Source: Lama guanicoe | Lineage: Eukaryota | Reading direction: 5' to 3' | Assembly: GCA_013239625.1 (NCBI GenBank) | Contig: MU057344.1 | Span: 994,276 to 1,058,275 of the forward strand | DNA length: 64,000 nucleotides | Part shown: positions 1 to 12,934 of the stretch, in pieces | Numbering within the stretch: position 1 is the first letter of the stretch | How the letters are laid out: each line of letters starts with the position of its first letter | Position numbers and translations under genes: made by a program | Notes under the pieces: model-generated | What the model saw: only the letters and a program-made list of their open reading frames with translations | Told to the model about the DNA's origin: nothing | The model's database searches: none

Positions 1-1639
1 GGCCCCTGAATGCCCTGCCCGGGGTCCCACGCACCCAGGGGCCCTGAGGACAGCAGAGGCCTCAGGTGGGCCCGCACACGTCCGCCCTGCCCCGCTGGGC
101 CTGCCTCTCCTTTGACGGGCAGTGCGTACAAGCCCCCTGGCTGCTCCACCTGCACCTGGAGGGAAGGGTCCCCACCGGGCCTGCCCCCTGAACTTCACCA
201 TCTACACCCAAACGTGCTCATGGACAGACAGACGGCTCCCGTCCCACAGCCTCAGAACTTAGATGTCGCTTCGAGAAGTGGGGCTCGGCCCTGCCTGGAG
301 GGCTCACAACGCGGAGCAGACGGACCGCTTGGGAAACAGCAGACGGGGTGCGCGGAGTCTGCTTGAACGAAAGAGCAAGAAGGGACGGGGGCAGCCGGGG
401 CTCCGTGGGGTGGGGCGGGGGTGCTGTGTGCCCTTGCGAGGCAGGAAAGAAAATGCAGCCGCGAAGCTGGAAGTGGGCCAAGCTGGGGGCAGGCCTGCCC
501 GTCCTGGGGATGGAGACTCACTTCTGGCCGCAGCTGCGTGGCCCCCAGGCCCCAGCTCCGTGCTTCCATCTGGGCCACGCAGGCCTCTGCTCTGCAGCGA
601 GTGATGGGCCCACCCTGCTACCCACAGGGAGGGTCATCTGTCTGGGTGGACCTGGCTGTGTCCTGGCCAGGTCACCCGCCTGGGCTCTGCCTTGGAGGGA
701 AGTGCGGGTGGCCCCATGCGGCCCTGTGCCCCTAGCTGAGCCCGGGCCCGCATCCCCGGTTTCTGCTCCTGAGCCAGGCCCTTGGCCTCCTCCACACCCC
801 TGGGGGACAAGGGAGCCGGCACCGTGTGGACGGCCAACCTGAATCCTGGGGCCGCTAGAGGCACGGGGGTCCCAGGTGTACCAGGCTGGGCTTTGCCCTG
901 AATTCTCCTGCAGAGGGACTTGGGGGAAGCCAGGAGCCCCCACCATGCCCTTCGTGGCTAGTGGTTTCTGGTCACCAGGGCCACGGTGAGCGCTGGGGCT
1001 CCTGGCACCGGCTCGGTGACCTGTCAGGTACTGACCCCTTGCCAGGCTGAAATACCACAGGCGTGGTTTGGGTGATAAAAAAATTAAGGACAAAAGATTT
1101 TTAAATTACTTCATTTCGAGTGGGGGAAAATGGGCCTTGGCTGGGACCCAGGAGCCACGTTAAAGATTCTGAAGTGTGGGGAAGGAGGGAAGGCAGATAA
1201 ATAATTCAGCTCTAAGAATAACCAGGACCTGTCAGGCCGCCAGCTTTAAGAGAAATAAACGGGGTTCCAAGAGTTCTGAGAGTTTTTACAGAACCCCCAG
1301 GGCTTCGAGAAAGCAGAGGCAGAGCCAGCAAGGAGCCGGAGGCGGTGCGGAGTGACCGGGTGGCTCGCGCAGACCCGAGGGGTCAAGGCCCGGTGGCCTG
1401 GAGACCCGCCGCTGAGCGCGCAGCTGTGGCACCGGGCAGGGGTGTGCGGGGAGGTTCTGTCCGGCCGCAGAGACTTCGACTGGGCACCAGCTGCGCACAC
1501 AGCGCTGGGCTGAGCCCCCAGGAGTCAGGAGGGAGCAGAGCTGGGACGCCAACGAATCCACTCTGACTCTAGGTCCGCGAGAAAGGGCGCTGAGGAGACT
1601 CGCGACCCGGGCTGGGGAGGGGCCGGGCCTTCCCTTCAC

Positions 1640-2725
1640 CTGTGGTCCGTGTCCTCATCTTGTGTTTCTGGTGCCTGAGGCCCTTGAGTGTCTGGGATCT
1701 GTGGGTTTATCACTTTCATCAAATTTTTAAACATTTGGCCGTTACATCTTCAAATACTTTTTCCGCTCCTCCTCGCCCCACCACCGGGGAGCCTCCGATT
1801 CTGTGTGTATTTGGTCTCTTGAAGTCTCACGGTTTAATGAGCAAGTTCTGCTTTCTGAGTCCAGTCTTGTGTTTCTCTCTGGGTTTCGCTGTGGATGGCC
1901 GTGTCCTCAAGTCCACGCGCCCTCCTCGGCTGTCACCTCTGCCCCGCGCGGTTTCATCTCTGGGCGTTTGACTTGGGGTTTTCATCCCGTCCGCATCCCT
2001 GGGCCCCGTGCCCTTGTCTGCGGACCCCTCCTTTGTGCCGTCCGGGCCAGCCTCGTGGGCTGATTCCTCCCCTGGTTGTGCGTGCTGCCCGCCTGCCTCG
2101 TCTGCGCGCCTGCTGGGACGCCGGACGCCGTGGACGTTCCCTTCCTGTGCTGGGGCTTCCGTGCTCTCATCAAGGGCCTCGGTCCCGTTACGTTACTTAA
2201 ACACAGTTTGAGCCTTTTGGGTCTTGCCTTTAAGGTTTGTCGGTGGGGTTTCAGGCAGGGTTAATTATACCCCACTGTCAGGTGGGACCCTCGTGAGCAC
2301 CCTGCCAACGCCAGTGAGTCTGGCTGTCGGAGCGGGCACTGTCACAGGCCTGTGTGCGCTCGGGACCGGACTCCCCTGGCCTCTCAGTGGTTCTCTCCCG
2401 GCCTCCAGCACGCTCCTCACACCACGCGCTGATCCCTGCTCTGCAGACTCTGTGGCTCTCTCCTCTCTGGTGCTCCGTCCTGCAAACTCTTGCTGCCTGG
2501 GCTTCCTGGGACTCCCAGCTCCGTGTCTGCCCTCCGGGGACCCCTGAACCCGCCTGGGTCCTCTGCTGGCGCTGCAGTTGGAAGCTCTGGAGGCGGTGAG
2601 CTGGGGTGGTCGGAGGCTCCCCGCCACACGACATCGGACGTGCAGACTCTTGAGGCGCTGGTCCAGCTTTTGACTTGTTTCCTATGGAGGCAGGTGGGGC
2701 CTTTGCTCTCCATCTTGGCCGGAAG
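1640..2725 (-). mobile_element. Ancient L1 5' UTR/ORF1 fragment
   Basis: 1700-1765 is similar to the reverse complement of 29520-29570; 2190-2240 is similar to the reverse complement of 28745-28795; L1M-type 5' terminus cttccggccaagatgg at 2725-2710. Confidence 0.65.
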
Positions 2726-5700
2726 CAGAGGCGTTTGCTGTACATATAGACCAAGCCGAGGCCTCGTGCGCAGAGCACCACCTCCCTCTCCGTGACCCGC
2801 CCCGAGGGTGGGGCTCCTCGGGCTCCTGCCTCCTCGCTCTGCGCCTGCTGCATGGGGCTGTCCTTCCAGGGACCCCAGTGGCATCTTGACCTGACCATGT
2901 GTCCCTGTGAAATGGGGCCTGTAGCGGGGCCCCCATGAGGCCTGGGCCCCCTGCCTGCCCCATCGGGACACGTGGTCCAGCAGGGCCTCCTGCGAGGGTC
3001 CACGTGGTAACCCTGCTGGTAACCCAACGGTTCACCAGCTGTCCCTTCAGCACAAGTGGCCCCAGTGTGCCCTGTGACCCCGTGGCCACACCTTTCCTCT
3101 CCGGAGGCCCTGAGAGCATCCAGCCAGAGCTGGTGTGTCACAGGACTGCCCTGGAACGTCACAAAGCCCCCGAGTCCGCCCTGGGGACTTCGCTGAAGTT
3201 GCCACAAGCAAATGTGACCCCCAGCAGAACCGTCGCCAAGGCAGTGCCCACTGCAGCCTGAGCGGGGCGTGGCGGCCGCAGCCAAGCTGTTTGGCATGTG
3301 GCTTCTCAGTGCCTTTCCACGTGGTCTGGGTCTGGAGACCAAGTGGGCAGAGCTTAGAAAAGGGCCACATTTGGACAGGACACTTGCTGGGACATCTGAG
3401 CAGAGGCAGGCACTGGGGGAGCAGGCGTGGGACCCTGTGGCCAGGGGCATCGTGGGCGGTGAGAGAAAGGGGTTCCTGCTCTGGAGTGACTGCTTCCCTA
3501 GTGAGACTAGTGTGTCCAGCAGACCATGTGACCCGGGCCTGTCTACCCACAGACCCAGGGGGCAGGGGCCTGGAGACGTGGGCTCCCAGCTCGGTCGGCC
3601 CTGGTCCTGACCCTCGTGGCCATCAGTTTTCTAGTCTCTGAGGTGGACATGGGTACAGCCCGGGGTGTGGCTCTCCTGAGACCTGATCTGGGTGTGAGAG
3701 GGTGGGGACCCCTTCCCGAGGCCTGGGCAGGGGAGAGCCCCCAGGTGGCCTGGGGCGGGGGTGTGGCCATCTCCGCCGGCCACATGGGCATCCTGCGTGG
3801 CCACCAGTACTAGTGGGAGCGGGGTAGCTGCGGAGTCAAGTACCTGTTAAGACCCGAACTGGGGAAAGCTGTCACCCTGAGGGTCTGTGGCCTGCAAAGA
3901 AGCCGACCCAGGCCCCCCTGACCTGCTGCTCATGTGGGGAGGAGCCCTGGGAGCCCACAAGGAAGTTCCAAAATTAACACAGTCGTCCGGCTGGAGAATC
4001 ATGGCAGGCCCTGATGTGGGGCCGACTGGAACCTGCCGTCTCCTCCCTAGGGCCCCCGAGGACTGGGAGCTCCAGGGCCCTGAGCCCTGGAGTGACAGCC
4101 GCAGGCACGGCCTGGCCCGCGCCTCCCCCAGGCAGCTCGGCCCTGGTCCCACGGGCAGCAGCGGGCCGCCAGCCCCAGGCCCTGCTGGTCTCCAGAGGGA
4201 GGCGTGAAGGGGCGAGGGCCCCGCCCGGCTGGCCTCGGCCTCCTCGTCCGTCCTGTCTTGTCTGCCGTGAGGGAGCACACCCCAGCCCTGCGGCAGGCGG
4301 GAAGCACCCCCACTGTGGCTCCTGCTCTGACAAGACAGGGCTCACGCCTCCGTCTCCAAGAGTTTCTAAAGAAGTAAAGAACTTTCCCTTTCTCTCGTTT
4401 CCCATAACGCCCGCCCAGAGGAGCTTCCAGCTGAGGGACGGGGGGCAGAGGCTGAGCCCACCCTGTGTGGGGTCCCTGCCCGGGTGAGGGTGCCCAGAGG
4501 GCCGAGCTCAGGCAGCGGGGGCCCAGCCACCGGCCACATGCGGGCCCGGCTGTCCTGTCTCCTCAGGGCCCTCTGCTGTCCTGGGAGCTCTTGCCTGAGA
4601 TACCCCCCCCCCGGCCCAGGATTTGCCAGGACGCTGCCCTGCCTGGAGCCGGGATGCTCTGCAGGAGACCCGCTCCTCGGAGAGTCCCCAGTGCTCTCCC
4701 TGGTGACAGGGTCACACGCCAGGAGGCTTTCTCAGCTGAGGGGCTGCACGTGCCAAGGCTGGAGGGCACTGTGGGTGTGGGGTAGGCGTGGGGGTGGGAG
4801 TGGGGGTAGAGGCATAGGGAGGCAGAGGGGCCCATGGACTTTACCCTGGTCCTCATGTGGGGATTCTTTGGGCCATTCGAGAATCAGTAGCATTTGCCCA
4901 CAGCCCCGTGGGCTGGACCCTGGCTAGGACACAGAGTGGAGGGAGAGGGCCCCAGAATTGGCCCTCAGAGGCAGCTGTGCAGCGGGGTAGGCCGGAGAGG
5001 CAGGCAGCCCTGGGCCTTTGCTCCGTTGCAGGGGCTGAGGAGCCAGCTGCTGGGGTGAGCCTCCCCTGTGGGGTCTACCCGTTGTGGCCCGAGCCCATGC
5101 TGTGCTCTCTGCTGGCCCTGCTTTGCTGCACAAACCAGGCTCTGGCTCCTCACCTGCAAGGCCTGCCGCCGGGGCCCAGCGCACCTGGTGGGGCTGGTGT
5201 CAAAGACAGGACCCCACTGACCCTGCTGACACCCACCCAGAGTGTCTCTGGATCGGGCGGGACTGGCTGGGGTGGGCCCCCGGGTCCGCGTCCTGCCCCG
5301 AGAGCTGTCCTGGACCCTGAAGTGGACAGGGGGCGGCTGGCAGGTGGGGAGCCCGGGATGCAGGCTGGGGCGGGGGTGCTCGCTGGGGCAGCCTTTCAAA
5401 GCGGACAAAAGCCTGTGTCTTAGATGCATGGAGGTCACTGCGCCCCTGCGAGAGGCGGGCATCAACTATCTGTTCAAGGAAGAGATTAATCAGCTCTTTC
5501 GGTCGACCTGATGACTGGTTAACGAATCACCGAGGTCCTAATTAAACCCACTTGCCCAGAGCGAGCAGGCGGGAGGGGCTCTGGCTTGTCTCGGGCGAGG
5601 TCGAGGGCCAATCGCCACAGTCACAGGCAGGCCGCCGTCCTGCCACAACGCGTGCATTCAGGGTTTCTGGGGGACTGCACCGAGCCACGTGCCCCCATCT

Positions 5701-8700
5701 CTCTGGAAGTCTTGTGTGTGGTGGCAGCGGCGGTGTGTGGGGGACGCTCGCGGCCACATCTGTGACATGGAGCCCGCCTCCTGCAGCTGACACCCTCCAT
5801 CACTCAGGGTCTGACAGGGCTCTGTGTCATGTTGTGAAATTCCGTAATATGCCAGGAATGTCTCCACAGGAATGCAGTGAGGCCTGCGGTGAAGACCGCG
5901 CTCTCCCGGGGAAGCCGCGCTGTGCGGGGCCACCCGCCGACCTCCAGGTCCTGGGTCTGCACCGAGGGGCTGCCCCAGCCCTGGGCCGTTCGTCTCCCTG
6001 GCTTTGGGGGGACAGGCTCCCCTGACTGCAGTGAGGCAGCAGCTCAGGAATCAGACTTTGATACAGTGAAGAAGCCACAGACGTGGGGACAACAGGGGTG
6101 CCAGGGCCCAGCCATTCCTGGGGAAGAGACGGTCAGCCGGGCCCCATCTCTTATGCAACCCCCCAGGACCCGCCCCTCCCCTGTGGGCCACACGCGGGGC
6201 CCTTCCAGCCCAGCTCTGCGGGTGGGTGCAAACCCTGCCTTGCTCCGCCCACAGGGCAGGGGTCTGTGATGATGGGCCCCAGGACTTAGCTGAACCGGGG
6301 CCCCTTCCCCAGGTAGGCATGTGCCCCATCCCTACAAGAGCAAGAGGTGAGGGTGTGTCTGCTGGAGGGGCCGGGACCTGGGGGCCGCTGGCCAGGCTCT
6401 GGGAAGGCCGAGACCCCCAGGCAGAGGGTGCCAGTCTGCCCCAGAGGGACCCCTTCCCTCTATTGAAGTCCCTATTTTAGGGAGCTCAAAGGTAATTTTT
6501 CTTTGTCAAAGATATTTCAGCATTAAGCCTGAACGTTGTCACAAAAGTCAAGTGGCTCCTCCTGAACATGCCCCCTTGTTAAGGGGAAAAAGACCCCCTC
6601 AGCTCCAAAGTCACAGGGTGGTGTGTCACGCTAACCTCTGGGGGATGGAGAGGCACCTTTTCAATCATTCCTGTTGCTGGAGACCCCGGATGGTCACGGT
6701 GGGAGGAGCTAACAAGTGGCCAATGTGCGGTGTCCTGTGGTCACCAGGTGAGGATCCACAGTGGGCTCGGGGGCTGGAGGGCAGGGAGGTGGCTGCTGTG
6801 TGCAGGGCTACTCAGGCTGTGGGCACGGCCAAGGCTGCTCTGAGGGGCCCAGTGTGCCCTGGGCCCAGCCCCACAGCTGGCCACCTGGGCACCTTCTGCG
6901 GGGACGGAAGCTGAGGAGTGCTGGCCTGTCCCGGACTTCGCTCAGGTCGCCCCGTGGGATGGCAGCCACCTGAATCCAGCTGTTTCCCCATCCTGCCTGG
7001 GCTTTGGGGTCCAGCACTGAGAGGCCAAAACCTATATGCGAGCCCAGCGACTCCACGGTCACTGCCAGGTGTCAGATGTCACTAGGCCACCATGTCCAAA
7101 GGCCTCAAACTCAGGCTGCTGGGAACGGGATTTCAGGGGAAACGGAAGGGTTTCCGGCATCACCTGCTGCACGCTTGGCGACCAGACATCAGGGTGAGGG
7201 CTCGGCTGCACCCTGCCAGGCAGGTGGGCCACCGTTCCCGGGTGAGGAAGTCATCCACACACACTCCATCTTGCACCGAGGAAAACTGTTACACCTTGGG
7301 AGCCTCGTCTGCAGCCGTGTCTGCCAGCTGGCCCGAGATTCAGAGCAAGTAGGGACACGGTCACGGCTGTTTGTAATTAGCTCCTGTCAATACCTACGTC
7401 TTTAGCGAGAAGGGCCGGACGTCTGAGATGAGTGAAAACCCCTCTCGGGTGCAGGGCTGCGTTTGCTGGGAGGGAAGAGTGGGCGGGGAGGGCCTGGGCT
7501 CGGTGGCCCTGGGGGGTTTCGGCGGGGCCTCGGTGGGGTCTCCGCCAGCCTCAGGCTGTACCAGGAGTGACCGCTGGTCTGTGCCTTCCGGGTGCCACAG
7601 GGTGAGACTACAGGCAGCCCCCTTGCCGGCCCCGCCCAGCCTTTGCCTGTTGGTCACCTCCCTCTGGCCACCCCTCCCTCCAGGGAGCTCACTGTAGACC
7701 TGGGAGGCGGATGGATGTAGAATTACAGATGGAGACTGGGGCTTGGGCTAGCCTCGATGGACTATGGACGGAGCGGCCCTGCGGTCTCTGCGTTTGCCGA
7801 GGCATCCTGGGGGCGGGGGAGCCAGTGGAAGACCCGACTGGCCCTGCACGCACCTCAGCGTGCTCCCCGCTGCAGAACCAGGGGCCCCAGTGACGGCGGA
7901 CGGAGCCCCCGGAAACCCAGCTGTCTGTGCGACGGTGCCACGGTGGCCCTTGGAAGGGGAAGGAGCTCAGAGCCCGCGAGGACCCACTGGCCACAGGGCG
8001 CCTCGTCCTTGTGCCCGCGCCCCACCCCCTGGGTCCGTCATTCACAAACCAGAGTCCCAGCCCATGACCTGGCTGCCAGGTGGGGCCTCGCAGGGTGTCA
8101 GGGGGAGCTGTCCCTGGGCCCCATTCACCCAGGGGCCAGTTCTGTGCAAACACCCTGCCCCCCGAGGGGGTGCGGACCCAGCGGGAACCATCCACCTGGC
8201 TTCTCGCAGGTTCTCAACGCAAACCCGACGCAGCCTCTGAAGGCCCAGGTGCTTCCCATTTGGCGGAGGCGGCCTGGTTGCTGGGAGGGGCAGTTTTCTG
8301 AGGAATCCAGAAGGTGGGCTTTCTGGGTCAGGAGCCAGGTTTGGACACTGGCACAGGGTGTTGGTGTCCAGACAAGTGTAAGGAGGTGGCAGGGTGGTGG
8401 TGGGGTCATCAGGGTGGCCCACATCCCACATTCCTGGCCAGAGGCCCCGGGGCTCTTTCCCTGGGTGGGGGCAGAGGACCACACCCACACGCAGAGGGGC
8501 AAGGGGACCCGGGCAGAGCTGGGGCCCTGGGAGAAGTATGAGGCCAGTGCCCCGAGGGCAGTGCTGGACGGCAGGGACGGTGCGGGGTCTGAGGGTGGTT
8601 AAGGACCCGGGGCCCAGGAGGTGGGCTCGGGGAAGGGCATGTGGCCAGGCCAGGGCTTCCATGTCTATGCGTGGACGTGTCTGTTTAATCAGGGCAGCTC

Positions 8701-8877
8701 CAGGCCCCACGGGGGCCTCTCCATCCGGGGCCCTGCCCCTCCCCAAGTGGGCCCCCGGGTCAGTGGAGGGGGGATGGCCGTGAGCTGCGGGAGAGTTCAC
8801 GGTTAAAAATACCTCCCGCGTTTCTATATTCGGACAAGGAGCTCCACTTCACTGAGATGGGCTCCCTGGGGAGAACG

Positions 8878-8931
8878 GGCCGGGCCTCCCCAGGCCGGGC
8901 CTCCCTAGGCCGGGCCTCCCCCAGGCCGGGC
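8878..8931. repeat. 15-bp tandem repeat GGCCGGGCCTCCC(C/T)A, about 3.6 copies
   Basis: Units start at 8878, 8893 and 8908, with a partial unit at 8923. Confidence 0.85.
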
Positions 8932-10648
8932 CCGCAGCCTCCGCCCGGGACTCCCAGCTTGCAGGGAACACAGACGCGGCACGGGGCAGTCGCACAGTGT
9001 ACACAGACCTCCCTGGGCTGGTACCCCCAGCAGAGGACTGGAAACCCCTCAGCGGAGCTGGCAGGCTGTGCCCTGTCTCGTTGGAGGAATTGGACCGCCA
9101 GAGCCTTCTTTTTGCTGAAATCGAGACGTTTCAGCACCGACCTCAGCCGCCAAGTCACCACAGCCACAGGACCTGGCGCGGGGTCTGTGCGCGTTTATGC
9201 GCATTACCCTTGCGGTGCTTTGGCTCTTGCCTCCCACGCGCGTCCCCGAGACCCACACGCTGGGCAGACGTGGGAACCCTTGCCTGTTTCTCTTCTTTTC
9301 CTTTTTTCAGTCTGTGCTCCGCCACTCACCGTGCAAAGCGAGCTTCCTATTTAGTTCACAAACCGCGACTCAACACGACAACACCTTCCACTGGAAGCGG
9401 CTCCTCCCGGGTCCGCCTTGAGAGGGGAGTCCTGCCAGCCCGCCCCACACCCGACGGCGCCCCCGGGGCCGCTGCAGCCGCTCAGGCCGGGTGCGGGCCC
9501 CCTTCCCGCATGCCCCGTGCTTCTTGTTTTCCTAGGGCTCTGATGCTGGGTCTGGCCCGCAGGCCTCTGCTTTTCTGTGGGCTAGTTCCCTCTGTGCCCC
9601 GAGAGGCGCCCACAGCACGCTGACCTCAGCTCCCGTGGACCCAGGAGCCTCACACCTGGGTCGGAGGCTGGGCCGCGGCGGCAGGTGGGCGTCTTGGAAG
9701 GCCTGGCCCCTCCCTGGCCCCCGAGGCCCCTCCCTGCCACCAGAGGGGCCGTGCTTTCCCGTCCCATCTGCCCAGGGACTGGGTGCCCTCCGGGGGAGCA
9801 GTGATTTTGCTCAGGGTCTGTGGCCGAGTTGCCAGCACCTCCTGCCTCCAGCCCAGCCCTGCTCTGCCGCACCTCACAGTTCTACCCGCAAAGGAGACCC
9901 TAGGTGGCGGGGGCACCGGCGGCTCCGGGAGGGGTGAGGTCGTGCTCATGGCGCCGAGGTGCTTGGGGTCTGGGTGGGAGGTGAGGGTCAGCCCTGCCTG
10001 AGCCCCGGGGCTGCGTGGCTTGAAGGTGCTGCCAGGAAAGCTTCCCCCGAATCCAGCCTTCCTCCGCAGGGTCGAGGCTGGAGGAGTGTGGCGTCCCCTG
10101 GCCTCCCTGTAGGACCACACAGCCCTGTCCACTGTGTCAGGCAGAGACCCAAACTCAGCTGGGAAGAGCGGAGAGGGATGCTTGGAGACGAAGTGCCAGC
10201 CACAGTGCCCGCCCTCCTGCCCGAGGGGCCTGGTGCCCGCCTGGTGGGTCCTCCCAGCCCCTGTCCACACACCCAGTGTCCTGCAGGCCCCAAGAGGAAC
10301 GAGGCCCCTGTGGTCACTCTGCGCCACCCCTGTTGGGCCTGGCTGAGCGAGTTTCCATAGGACAGCGTGGGACATGGGTGGGGCTCCACTCGGCGGCCCC
10401 CTCCCATCAAGGCCCTCGGTGCAGGGACATCCTCAACCCGGCCACCACTCCCTGCTCCGCAGGCCACGGAAGCATGCGGACTCCGGGGTGGGCTGAAGCC
10501 TTGCCCTCCACGTCCGTGCCTTTCCACGTCCAGGTGGGTGGGGAAGGCCCCCCTGAATGTGCACACCTGGGAGGCCCCATCTGTGGCGCAGCTGATGGGG
10601 CGACCAGACCAAGCCCCCAGGTTCCCTGAGTGGGTCGACCTCTCTTAC

Positions 10649-10722
10649 CTGCTGCCTTCTGGCGAGTCCTGCGCTGTGGGCGTCATGTTTCTGGGGCCCA
10701 GCCCTCCGGGCCGGCCGCTTGC
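10649..10722 (-). CDS. MORN1: MORN1 exon 12 (ASGRPGGLGPRNMTPTAQDSPEGSR)
   Basis: Strong |gtaaga donor; branch point ctctaat and a pyrimidine tract followed by first AG in ctaaaag|GCA; resembles recalled human [27 protein letters not shown]. Exon start is inferred. Confidence 0.8.
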
Positions 10723-10856
10723 CTTTTAGGAGGGGTGGGCGAGGGGCGGGGAGAGATTAGAGGCTCCCCACGGCGCCCCCCTCCCAGCACCCCCCATACA
10801 CTGGCCTCAGTGTCGGGCAGTGCAGCTGAGCCCGGTCGGGGGTTTCCCACCCCTAC

Positions 10857-10990
10857 CTCGTGGAGGCTGTCCAGGAACAGGATGGGGCGGTGCTCGGGCG
10901 GAGGGGCGCCGAGGCAGACGTCTGAGAACTGGGCATAGCCTCGCTCCACACGCTGACAGTGCTTGGGACAGGGGGTCTCGTGTCTCCTGG
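10857..10990 (-). CDS. MORN1: MORN1 exon 11 (ARRHETPCPKHCQRVERGYAQFSDVCLGAPPPEHRPILFLDSLHE)
   Basis: 134 nt; cccctcag| acceptor, |gtaggg donor; matches recalled human [33 protein letters not shown]. Confidence 0.92.
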
Positions 10991-12934
10991 CTGAGGGGTG
11001 AGCGACTTTCAGAAAAGGGAAGAAAGGAAGGCCCTCTGAGTGTCACGAAGCAAAGGTCAGGAAGCAGCTTTCAGTGGCCTCTCAAGTGAGACGTCCATGG
11101 ACGGCCACGTGGGCCCCGGCGGGGCTGGGGTCCTGGCCCTGCTGCCCAGAGAGCTGGCCACAAGGCCACCTCCAGGGGAGAGGCCAGGCAGGGGCAAGGC
11201 TGGGCCTGGTGTAGACAGCAGCTCTGTAGCCAGTGTCCTTTGGGGTCCACAGCCCCTTGACCCCTTCGTCTGGGGTCCACCATCAGGCCTGGCAGGCGAT
11301 GCCCTGGGGCAGGGGGGTCTCCTGAGGGCTGAGGCCCTGGGCATCTTGGCCAGGCCTGGACCGGCCCCCGGAGAGAGGCCTTGAGCTCAGCCAGGCAGAG
11401 CCCAGCACCCTCTCTAAGCAGTGTGACCAGAGGACTTTCCCACGGCCCGAGTGATGTCAGGCCACATCCGTGTGAGCACAGAGCTCAGGAGAGCCTGCAG
11501 CTGTCAGTAGGCCACGCGAGGCAAGACCCTGACCGTCTCCAGCGCCACAGAGTGTCGGAGGAGTGGGCTCAGCCTTCTGCCTCTGCAGCAGGCACCCCAC
11601 CGGGACCCCTGCCCATCCTGGCCCCCCCGTCTCAAGGTGTGAGGACGACAGGAGCGTCCCTTCCTGCAGGCATGTCCCCAGGCTCCTTCCGCTACCCCCA
11701 GGCAGCCTCAGCTGCCCTCCTTCATCTCCTCTGCACAGGAGGCGGCAGCTGAGCCGGGGTGGGGCTGGGTCGTGGCCCTGGTGCAGGACCACCCAGACCA
11801 ACGCAAACGTGTGCCCCTCAGGCCCGCTCTCCTATGGAGGCTGGAGATCCAGGCTCTCCTGACCAGCCTGTCCCCAGGGTCCCTGCCTAGCCCACATATA
11901 CCAGTGGGGCACGCACGTTAGCAGAAGCTGGCCTCGGGGAGGTGGCTGGCCACTCCTGCCGGCAGAGTCCCCCTTGGAGGGTAGGGGCTCGGGATGAGTG
12001 GCGGGGGGTCTGTCATCCGTGCTCTGGATGGGGCCCTGGGGCCTCAGCCACTAACAGCCCTTCCCCAGGGCCCACCTTCTGCAGGGAGAGGCGGCGACGG
12101 GCCCAAGAAGTATTTCCAAATTGCAGGCGGGGAATTGTTTCTCTCAGGGGTGTCTTAATCTCATCATTATGACACATTATGCAGAGGAAAGTCTTTCTTT
12201 CCGCAAGGACGTTCTCCAGCTAACGTCCTCCTGCCCATTAGCTTCTGCTGCCCTCCCACTATTTACGTCCTGGGCAATAGCGGGGAACCGCGCTGCTGAC
12301 GGCACAATTTCCATTTTTTCATGCACCGCCGGTTTCCACGCGGGTTCCAGAGGAGCTAGCTTGGCCTGCCTCTTTTATCGACACCGCTGGACAATAAAGA
12401 CCCCCGTGCTGTGTCCTAACAGCCCTCTGCCAAGGTGACCACGCTGGCCCGGACCCCAGCCGGAGCTAGAACTTGCTAAGGCCTCTGGTTCCTGCTGGAG
12501 CAGCAGCTCCAGACCTGGGATCAAAAAACGCCCTTTGGGGGCTGGGAACCGGGTGGGGACATGGAAACGCATCTGGCATGCGGATCAGCGCACATCCAAG
12601 CCATGTCCGTCGGGCTCAGGGCGGGGCTGTTGAAGCAGCCAGTCCTCCTGACCGTCATGGGCGCCGAGCACTCAGGGGAGGCTCTCAGGGAAACTCGCGG
12701 CGCCTCCTTGGAGCACAGGTGTGAGTGAGGGAGACCAAGGCTCAGACGGTGCAGTGGGAGCCTCGGGCGCTCCCGGGAGCACACGCAGCGCTGAAATCAA
12801 ACTGATGGAGTTGGCGGGGAGAGGACTCAGGGAACCCGATGGTGGCTCAGGTGCGCCTGCAGCTCCCAGCCGGGAGGGCAGACCCTGGGACGCAGCATTC
12901 CCAGTCCAAGGGCAGAGGCGGTGGCGGCTCCAGG

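Noticed and set aside
522-591. Possible minus-strand exon (cag|...|gtgagt, 70 nt)
   Set aside because: Wrong end phase and no similarity to MORN1; poor pyrimidine tract.
4215-4262. RQDRTDEEAEASRAG peptide vaguely like MORN1 exon 13
   Set aside because: No GT donor at the required position; similarity is weak.
9113-9136. Hairpin TGCTGAAA...TTTCAGCA
   Set aside because: Only an 8-bp stem; too short for a pre-miRNA and expected by chance.
9656-9702. 47-nt AG...GT segment with the length and phase expected for MORN1 exon 13
   Set aside because: Purine-rich acceptor region, poor donor (gtgtga), and peptide RPSKTPTCRRGPASDPG unlike recalled human RPEGRATEEQAAAAHLG. The true exons 13-14 are probably left of the window.
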